A program made the translations under genes and the position numbers. Below, one piece after another: positions 53,701 to 64,000 of a stretch of DNA of 64,000 nt (position 1 is the stretch's first letter; each line of letters opens with the position of its first letter). Below the pieces are notes generated by a model. That model was given only the letters and a program-made list of their open reading frames with translations, searched no databases and was not told the origin of the DNA. Source of the stretch: Octopus bimaculoides (Eukaryota); the NCBI RefSeq assembly GCF_001194135.2, contig NC_068987.1:17342963-17406962 (forward strand). Reading direction: 5' to 3'.

Positions 53701-56700
53701 CTACATACGCGTATGTTTATACCTAGCTACATATGCAATGTATTTTTTCTAATATATTTGTGTAAATAATTTACTGGCAATGCAATGAAATTGAATAGTA
53801 CGCTCAGAAAGTTTGAATGAGACAAGATATATAATTATATCGATGCTCAAATATTTGATCAATAAACCAAAGAAATCCAATTTTCCATTCCTTGTAAGCA
53901 GATCTTTATTGATTTCTTTCCTTGATGAGTAACTTTTTGTTCCACCGTAGACTTAGTTCTAGCAAGTATCATGATCCCGATAAGAAAATAAGAAGTTAGA
54001 AATAACGAAAGAATTGTTTTTATTTAATCATTCAGCAGTATATATTACTCGTATGACGTTAAAGTAACGAATCTTTAAGAGAGATTGCTTCAAAGCATGC
54101 GTATACCCCGTTGGTATTCCTACATTATCTTACTTTTTCTGTCAGTTTATGATAGCACCAAAATTCGAATTAGTCTTATCAAATAGTAACTGCACTTCAC
54201 GCGATCACTGCGCTAACTACTTTCAATGAAACTTGTCGCTAAATATATAATAGAAATGCGGTTCAAAGACCTGTGCTATAAATGAAGAGTAAAGTTATAT
54301 AGAACAGCTAATTATTCTCCCTATCAGCACAAAATTCATTTACTGTACGTGTTCAGGAGGGGTGATATATATTTAATAAATTACTGGGAAACGTCCTGAG
54401 AAAGTAACGCTTACGTGTAAGATGGAAACTTTGTGTATATAAATCATTTTCCATAAGATATAGCCTACTTTGATACATTATAACCTTTATTCTTAATAGC
54501 TTGAGAAATATATTAATGCTTTAATACTAACATGAAAACAGATTATTATAGAGTTGAAAACATGCATAAAAATGTCCAAACTTTCAGAGAAATTGTCCCA
54601 AGATTATTTGCAAATACTAGTAATTTGATATTTGAGAAGGCAACTAGGTCTGGTTTAAAAGAATCTGCTCTGTATTGTAGCTGTAATACGTACTACAAAT
54701 AGAATGGTAGAGGCATTCCTTCACAGAAATGATATTTGAAATTCAACAGAAATTTTTTCTAAAAAATGTAATCATTTTATAGTCTTATACCGCTTGCTCA
54801 TAGGCAAAATATTGCTAGCTGTTTATATCTTATGTAATAGGCTTTCCATATCTTGAAGTAGTTTGACATTGTTATTTATCTGACTTTTATCATCATGCGT
54901 GTGGGAGTAGGACCTAGGTGAGCGGGCTGTTGTATAACTTAACTACTGTAATGTGTCTTCACTATATTATGCGGACATTTGTATAGAACATCATGATACG
55001 ATATAGTTATAGAATTAAATACGGTACGCTACACACTCAACCATTGCTATATATTTTTGCATGTAATAATTGCTATGTAACGATTCTTTACTTTCGGAAC
55101 ATACATAGATACACCTTTCAAGATAACTTGCCCTACTAGAACGAGTATTGTTGACAAGCATGCCCAATTCAAATTGAATTTTAAATACCAGCCAAAGTTA
55201 AGCTGTTGTATAAGCATAAGATATTAAGTGACCGAATTATTGCCTATGGAAAAGAATGACTTTTATTGTTGTTTATCGTGGTCGTTTTGCATATGTTTAA
55301 TTTTGTTTTCTTGGATATGTGTTTGTCTGAAATCTGTTCAAAAATCTCAGGCGAAATTTGTTACAAAGGCGATAAACGATTTGCTACATTTTACGCAATC
55401 TCACTCATCGACTAAATGTAGCAGGCCCTTGCATCCTGCGAGGCTTGTGAACAGCATTCATAAGTGCCACTTTTTAAAACTGCTTCTTGGTCTTCACCTT
55501 TCCTTTCTGATGCGTATAGTTTTATGTCAAATTATGTATTACGTTATAAAATCGAGCTGTGATATTTCGGTTTAGTACAACAAATCATGTGTTATAGATG
55601 CCGCTGACGTAGCCATATATTATTGAAGGTGCTATTGATATTTACAAAAGAAATTATATTTCGAGAATAATAATGTTGCTCATCGTCGGGAAATTGCAAT
55701 ACAATGACTTCAAACAGTAGAATAAATGTTTTAATATGATAGAGCAGTTAAAACATACAATGGAGTTATACTTTCGCAGCTTTCTTTTCAGCTATACCAA
55801 TGTTTTTATAGGATGCAGAATTATCTAGCTCTTGTATCATCTATCCTGTATTGTAGTTAAAATCACTCGAGATCATCTGTCACTTCTGAATATGTTCCGA
55901 CGACGAATATTATTAGAGGGTAGAACTTATAAACATCAAACACGGTGATTTTAGATAGAGTAATTAATGTGTGCCAATAATTTATTGTTCTTTTCATAGA
56001 ATAGCACCAAAGTATCGTGAAAAGAGTGCATTTCCTCCATTTTGTTGAACCAATAATGCGATGCTGAACCAATGTTTTTTTTGTTTGCATATATAATCCA
56101 AAGGCGTAATATTTTCCGTTTTTTTTTTCTAGTGATACTTCGATAAGAAGTTGATTATTTAGTACATGATAATTTATCTCTATCACAACAATATTTACTT
56201 GGTCGTTTTATGAATGAATACTTTGATTCTGATTGAAAGCCAACCATGCACCAAAAGCTTTTGAACAAACATGGAAAGCCTAATTTTAGCTGTAGAATAA
56301 ATCAAAATAGCTACAAATAATGGAAACAGGTGTCTATCAAGTGCAGACAATACATGATGCACATCAAAACGTTTCGTCAAGCTCTCTCTATCTTAATATT
56401 TGCAGGACTATCTATCTGTACTTATAGAACTGATCGATCGGCGGTTATGTTATTTGGGCCGGTAGTTAAGCATGGATGATTGTATAACGATGTAGCAAAT
56501 ACGGAATAAAGCAACATACGGATAATAAGGATATGGGGCTTACACGTCTCCTGGAGAGATTTCCATATACAGTTACAATGGAGAAGAATGAAAATTTCAA
56601 AACTGTTATAGATTTATGAATCCATCTTGATTAATATGTTGCTTGGAACGAATTCATGACGCTATGTAAGCACATGGGTCTTCAAACTGAAACAAATAAG

Positions 56701-58000
56701 TGGGTATGAAAGTAAAAAAGAAAATATTTGGTGTGCTAAGAATAGTAAGGTAGACAAAAGTACTTAGCAGGGCTTAGAACTTTACATATAGCTCCAAAAT
56801 AGACCTCATAAATATAGTCTACGTTCTACATATGGCTTGCGATTACGTAGCATAACTCAAAAAGCGCAAATGCAGCTCAAATCTCACAATACATATTTTG
56901 CACATTTAGAGAATAGAATAAAATAGGTGGTTTTGTATAAGATTTTGTGATTAATAATCTTTAGTACACAATTATAGATTCGTAGACAGGGTGCGTCTTC
57001 AGTACATTGGCAAGATAAATCTGTTTGTGTATATGTATACGACAGAACAAATGGAAGTAGAATATTTCTCAGTATAAGTTCTCAATTTAAAAACAAATCT
57101 TGCACATATTCTGTTAATAGCTGATATTCTACTGATATTATTTAGACAAGGCATTGACAATTCGATCCTCGGCTAAACATTTCTTTTAGTCATGTTGAAA
57201 ATATTTATTAGATTGTGTCTATAGATGTGCACTAGAACAAAAGGGCAGAACAACGCGACTGTTGCGTAAAGCACTTTGGATCCCTTCTACGCTGTTGTTT
57301 CAAATTGTAACCAATCATATATTGTGGTTAATCCCTTTAGGATTCATGAACAGGGACCATATTTAACTTCAAAAGTCACTGTGAAACAATACAATATTCA
57401 TTTGGAACTTAAATATACAAAGACAATCATTGGTGTAACGTTGAGTCGTTAATGTGGAATCCAGTATGTTATTGATAGTGTTTTTTATGCGAACATGAGA
57501 GGAATAAACTAAAAGCAAGTTCATTGTGTTGATACGTCAATTAAAGGCATAGACCAGTAGGGATACAATAGGGATGAACGTTCTGAACAATTATTATTTC
57601 AATAAATTATGAAAGATTTATCGATTCAAGAGAGACAAACTTATAGAGAGACTTTGTTTGTCACAGTCTTAACTTTTCAATTTTTTCTTTGGAATTTGTT
57701 ACATACACACATACACGCACATGCTCACATATATATATCTAAACAGACACACATACATATATCTAAACATACACACATGCACATACATGCACACATTCAT
57801 ATATCTAAACAGATATGTATGTATACACTTCTACATATATACTTACATGCATAGATACCATTTATACATTCATACATATATACACACACACGCGCACACA
57901 TACGTACACATATATATATACACAGTGAGAGAGAGAGAGGGGAGGGGCAGAGAAAGAGAGATAGATAGATAGATAGTTAGATAGATAGATAGATAGATAG

Positions 58001-58051
<51 letters not shown>

Positions 58052-58712
58052 TAATAGACAGACGCTAACGGTTTGCTTAGCTGCTGTTATACGCAAAGTT
58101 CATAAGATTAAGAATACTTTCTTCAAGATGTTTGCTTTAAACACGCGTTCCTCTCTTCAATATTTCCTCTATGAATTGATATATTAATTTCGTAATTTAC
58201 TTTGAGAACCAGTTACATAATCACTTGGATTAGACAAGTTATTTAATCTCATACTAGATAGCAACTTATTGGAATTTTTATATGTTCAAGTTTATCTCTC
58301 TAACAGTCATGTGCAAAACGAATTAATATACAAGTCATGTTGAACATATATTTGATCGACAGATCAGCTATAAAGACAGAGTGAGAACACCATCCGAATT
58401 TTGGAAAACTTCAATGCATCATAAAGTTTGTGAATTATGCATGAATATCAGGTTATGAGAAGATATCGAAAAATATTTCTAGTAAATATTAATCCGTTCC
58501 GTTTTCTGAGTGAAGAGGATTTACGTCAGCAGCTCACATGAGTTTGAAGTTTCAAACAATAACTAAATCTGTACACATAAAAACAGTTTTCAAATACTAT
58601 CAGGAAATGCAAACCCTCCAACCAGCCAACCACCCAATCGGCCAACTACCCAAACAATCTGATAAACGAGTGTTGGCATATCTTACTTATTGAGTTCGAA
58701 GTCTGTCATACC

Positions 58713-58752
58713 GGCCATGACGAAGGGAAATAGCCCTGAAACTCTAGTCGCC
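58713..58752 (+). ncRNA. hammerhead ribozyme-like motif (type I, minimal), 1-nt insertion in core
   Basis: GGC C[A]UGACGA AGGG AAAUAG CCCU GAAA C UCUA G UC GCC; closely related to 63866-63910. Confidence 0.55.
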
Positions 58753-58979
58753 TTTATATATATATATTTATATTTATATATTTATATATTTGATCCTTTA
58801 TATTGAACACTCAATATTTCATCTACATTCAATACTTTCTTTCATGGTGCCATCCATTTTTATTTTATTTTATTTTATATTGTATATTGTATATCATATT
58901 ATATATTGTATATTCCATATTCTATACCCCACATTAGTTCTGCAGGAATATAAATAAAACATAAAAAACNNNNNNNNNN

Positions 58980-59032
<53 letters not shown>

Positions 59033-59244
59033 CACACACACACATATATATATGAGAAGTATTGGTACCCAGAAGACCCAAGATAGCTAGTAAGGCTATG
59101 TGACTGCTACGGGAGGACCGTAGTTAGACCCTCAGTTCGATAATAATACAACAAGTGAGGCGTTCAATGCGGGTCTTGTGTGAGCATGTTTATGTTAAAT
59201 AATATGAGACAACAAAAAAGGCTGTGCGGAATTTATAGGGCATT

Positions 59245-59650
59245 TATAAAGAAAAAGGCAGTCTTACAGCTGCTTCTGAGAGTCAACTAGAAGGAAATAG
59301 TAGTATTCAGTATAAGGAGTTATTTGGGAAAATGATGGATATAGAAAGAATAAAGGGAAATAAGAGAGTATAAATAGAAATATAAAATATATGTAGGATG
59401 TTACAGAAACATTTCTACCCATTCTACACAGCATTTTCCTTGAATAATGGAACTGCAACTGTAACATCCTACATATATTTTTACTTTTATGTTTATTCTC
59501 TTATTTCCCTTTATATTTCCTATATCCATTGTTTTTCTAAGTAATTCCTTATATCGAACTCTACTACTGCCCTCTAGTTAACACTCTCATATAGACTCTG
59601 GTGAAGGAATATCTCTAATATCCCTGAAACAGCTGTAAGACTACCTTTCT

Positions 59651-59656
<6 letters not shown>
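59245..59656. mobile_element. ~410-bp fold-back element (PLE-terminus-like) with hammerhead in right arm
   Basis: Left arm 59245-59406 and right arm 59459-59656 are complementary; right arm carries ~36 extra nt. Confidence 0.8.
59592..59643 (+). ncRNA. hammerhead ribozyme-like motif (type I, minimal), A6G core variant
   Basis: UAGACU CUGGUGA AGG A AUAU-CUCUA-AUAU C CCU GAAA CAGCUG UA AGACUA; helix III ACAGCUGU palindromic. Confidence 0.6.
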
Positions 59657-59743
<87 letters not shown>

Positions 59744-62214
59744 AGAGAGATAGTGAGAGAGAGAAATAGCAACATGCACACATACATACATACATACATG
59801 CAGTTATGGGGCTTTTTCCTGACGAAACGAACACGTATTAATATTCCTCTTAAATTCCATGAATTTTTCAAATCATATTTGTAATATATTATGGATGAAA
59901 AATACAACAACTAAAGCATGAGGTTTGTGGAAACGTACGTAGCAATGCACAAAGAGATTTATGAATTTCCATCCAAAAGTTCTTGTTATTACTAGATTCA
60001 TACATGTACACCTATGCATTCATATGCAAATTTGTCAGAGATTACGAATACGTTACTTTGCGAGTATTTTTCATGTTAATATTTGAATCCGCACACATAT
60101 AAACTTTACAAAATGAAACATAGACGGATGATTATTAGAGATGACGCTATTTAATATAAAAATGAAATAAATATCAAATTTGCAATAAAGCCACATGAAT
60201 ACAAAGTAATTGTGTTTGTAACAGCGATTCTTAATATTTGTGTTCGGGATTTGCTGGTAGTTAATATAATAATGCAGACGAATAGAAACTGCGACAAAAT
60301 TGTTGTTTTAAAAGTTTAAACTTGGAACAATATAATTGAAGTACGATCGTTTACCTTGGTTTATATTTGTTTACAACAAAGTTATAAGTAATACTTTCCA
60401 AGATGTTTAAGCAATATTATAAATTTTCTAAGATACTCACCATACATTTAAAAGAAAAAGCAATTGCAATACCCTACACTAAGCCTCGTAGCACAAAGCT
60501 TGATGGGAACCCATTGACAACCATTATTTAAATACATTATAAAATTACCCACAATTATAGACTGTAGGTTACGGATGCAATACTAATAACGAAACGCGAT
60601 ATTCTTTTACTCTTCTACTTAATACACATTAAACAAACGTTACAAATTCAAATACGATAACGTTGAACTGGCAGGAGTTTCCACATAAACGTAGGCCACC
60701 GAAAGTAAAAAGAACAGCACTAAAACTAAAAACACTCCACAACATGAAGGTGATACTGAGAAAGGCTTGGAAAATGTAATAAAAATGAATCTAGGAAATT
60801 TATTGTTCCAGACAATCTATAAGTGTCTGATACACTAATACGAAACAACAGAGGGTCTCTGTATGTATGTCTGTATGTATATTTGTATGTATGTATGTAT
60901 AAATAAGTTAATATGTATATGAGTATATGAGTACTCGTGTATATTCTACTGTTTAATTCTCATTTTTCAATAAAGTACTACTGAAAATCTGTTGCTAGTC
61001 GCAATATACTATTTGAAGAATCTGCGCTTTTGAAAATAATTTTCCATAAAATTCTTATAAATATCACTGTCTTCACATGCATTTTTTCAGTTAAATGTTA
61101 GTTTCTTGTGTCTATAAAATCCCGATGTATAAAGACGAATACGTATACACATTATCAACGATTTAATCGGCCATGAGAAATGCAAACATATAGTCATTAT
61201 AGAATACAAGCTAAAGATGTTCTTGCTATATCTATCTATCTATCGATCGATCTGTCTAGTTATCTGTGTCTGCCATTCCATTCATCTATAGATAAATTTG
61301 ATGTATATATACTTTAGATAGATTAGATAAAGTCATACAGACATATGTATGTATATTTATGTGTGTGCATGCATGGGTGGTGTGTCTCTGTGGTGTGTGT
61401 GTGTGTGTGTGTATTAGAATACAGCATACTGCTTTATTACCGTCAAAGACTTTCCCATAAAATCTCGCGGTACTTAAAGTGCAAGTAATTATATCATTGA
61501 CAGACCAGAATCGTCTCCAACGAGCGCCTTTAACGGGAGATTCGGATGTTATCGCGCTGCTGGACATCAATCACAAAGGAACCTATGGCAGAGAGAATTC
61601 ATTTATCTAGAAGTTCCGGCGGTCGTAGCAGGCAATTCTCGTCTGTCAAGAATGTAATTGCGAGTGCTTTTAAACACCCAAGTTCTAACGAGAGATTATC
61701 TCAAGGCAAATCACTCAGTAGGTTATGTTCCAACGCAAACTATTTGCAACACTGTATATACTACCCACATTCGCCTCTGTTTAATGCTGACACGTGACCC
61801 GCGGCCAGCCTTACTTTCTTTTCTTACATCTACATCTATATATATTATATATATATATATATATNNNNNNNNNNNNNNNNNNNNNNNNNNNNNNNNNNNN
61901 NNNNNNNNNNNNNNNNNNNNNNNNNNNNNNNNNNNNNNNNNNNNNNNNNNNNNNNNNNNNNNNNNNNNNNNNNNNNNNNNNNNNNNNNNNNNNNNNNNNN
62001 NNNNNNNNNNNNNNNNNNNNNNNNNNNNNNNNNNNNNNNNNNNNNNNNNNNNNNNNNNNNNNNNNNNNNNNNNNNNNNNNNNNNNNNNNNNNNNNNNNNN
62101 NNNNNNNNNNNNNNNNNNNNNNNNNNNNNNNNNNNNNNNNNNNNNNNNNNNNNNNNNNNNNNNNNNNNNNNNNNNNNNNNNNNNNNNNNNNNNNNNNNNN
62201 NNNNNNNNNNNNNN

Positions 62215-62283
<69 letters not shown>

Positions 62284-62307
62284 GGCAGAGACGGAGAGAG
62301 AGGAGAG

Positions 62308-62339
<32 letters not shown>

Positions 62340-62666
62340 GGAGGGAGACAGAGGGAGAGAAAAGTGAACGAATTATATCTAGAAGTGTGTCTAGTTAAAC
62401 AAACTGAAATGCCCCCACTCATTCACCGACACAGACAGGCGTATGTAGAAATTTATATACACACGTATGTATTTACTCAAATATAAATGTCACCGCGAAT
62501 AGTCAGACGTATGTTTTTAGTCGGACATTTTTATCAGCAATCAATATGCTTTTCTACTGATCACTTATATACATGCTATAATTGCTTGTACTTGTGATTA
62601 CATGTTTACAAATAAGAATGTACATCAAATGTCAATTTCCTGCACACACACATACGTACATAGGTA

Positions 62667-62867
62667 CGAAAGGTGCTGAAGAGTTCCTGAAATAGAGGAA
62701 GATAAGTTAATTATGATTTTATTCAACATATTCCCCCTTCAAATTCACACACTAATTGCAGTCGTCGTTCAGTTTTTCTAAGCCCTGTAAAAGAACTTGG
62801 AAAGTGATGCCTCCAGCCAGGCCTTCCACGCAACCCTTAAAATTAGGAACTTTTCAGCGCCCCCACG
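62667..62867. mobile_element. mariner-derived MITE with TA target duplication
   Basis: TA-cgaaaggtgctgaagagttcct ... aggaacttttcagcgcccccacg-TA. Confidence 0.85.
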
Positions 62868-63071
62868 TACATGCATATATAAAGGGTTATGTTTGTACAT
62901 CTGAAGGCACCCGTTGTGTCTATAATATAAACACGTATTCCTGCGTCTTTTTCTCTTTTCCGTGTACTTATACGATAAAAATTATCATATACACGCACAC
63001 AAACACAAAGAAACACGCATGCGTATAGACATGCATATATATGTATATATACACAAATGTATGTATGTATG

Positions 63072-63257
<186 letters not shown>

Positions 63258-63709
63258 TCTTACATAACCAGTAGATGGATTTGGTATTAATCTTTATTTC
63301 GTACAACGGTCGTTTCGAGTCATTCTGCTACTGTCTTTTATGGGTGGGACTGGTGGGACTCCGTTCAATATGTTGTGTTCCATCCATTTTGCAGTCTGGG
63401 TGTCATCAGGTTCATCCATACATAGAGTTGTGTCTCGCGAAAGACCCTGCCTTTTGCCTGCCATGTTGTTATATGCTCGTCTGGTTATTATTAGTATCTC
63501 AACTAACACTGCAGAGTTACTGAAGTAGATCCAAGGAAAATATACTCTGACTGCGGATGATACCATGTATCCCAATTGGTGCCAGTGCTCTACCCAACAC
63601 TTCAACACACTAATCGACATATACTCATGAGTCTAATATATATATATATGCATACATATATATGTTTATATATTTATATGTATGTTTATATATATATATA
63701 TATATATAT

Positions 63710-63850
63710 AGTGTAGTATATTGCCACTTAAGTGTGGCTGACCCCTAGGGGTGGATGTTACTGTTGCTTTTAGCCCCAGGAGGACATCTCCTCCAGCTGG
63801 CTTATCGACACACGACTGTGTCCTGTTTGCCAAGGGAGTTATCCCTCTCA
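63710..63850. mobile_element. inverted copy of the 30418-30581 structured element, inner end truncated
   Basis: Reverse complement of about 30435-30576 with one 1-nt indel (gataactccc vs gataacttccc). Confidence 0.9.
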
Positions 63851-63865
63851 CCTCGGCCAGCAGCA

Positions 63866-63910
63866 CGAACGTATCCGGATTTCAAGGTTATTTCCCTTCG
63901 TCGGCGTTCG
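63866..63910 (-). ncRNA. hammerhead ribozyme-like motif (type I, minimal, palindromic helix III), U4C core variant
   Basis: CGAACG CCGACGA AGGG AAAUAA CCUU GAAA UCCGGA UA CGUUCG: 6-bp helix I, 4-bp helix II, AUCCGGAU palindrome. Confidence 0.7.
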
Positions 63911-64000
63911 ACAGCTGATGACCTTGGTGAGAGAGAAAAACCTGGCAGACCTTATATCTTCTTTTCCAGTGACATTCTTCACTGATATTGAAAAGGTGAA

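Noticed and set aside
58687-58735. Minus-strand 49-nt 'exon' (LFPFVMAGMTDFELN) phase-compatible with the 61441 donor
   Set aside because: Overlaps the antisense of the hammerhead repeat also present at 63.9 kb, so better explained as repeat sequence.

Overview
AT-rich, microsatellite-dense eukaryotic DNA with many N-gaps, most flanked by simple repeats (short-read assembly). The SINE families match, from memory, octopus/coleoid cephalopod repeats. No protein-coding gene can be called with confidence; the window looks intronic or intergenic. It contains tRNA-derived SINEs of two families, decayed R4/Dong-type LINE RT fragments, Penelope-like (PLE) GIY-YIG fragments, mariner and maT/Tc1 transposase remnants, several MITEs/fold-backs, a promoter-like segment (~13.9 kb) and a few weak exon candidates. 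The main discovery is a set of minimal type-I hammerhead-ribozyme-like motifs: 63866-63910(-), 59592-59643(+), 58713-58752(+), 30718-30778(-), plus weaker ones at 45650-45710(+) and 63300-63375(-). The three best share an AGG(G)/CC(C/U)U helix II and a palindromic or near-palindromic helix III. They sit in or next to fold-back elements and a young, highly structured ~150-bp repeat, which suggests a family of ribozyme-bearing non-autonomous (PLE/retrozyme-like) elements. Each copy has at least one deviation from the catalytic consensus, so activity is unproven. All homology calls were made by eye without database searches; coordinates of degenerate repeats are approximate.
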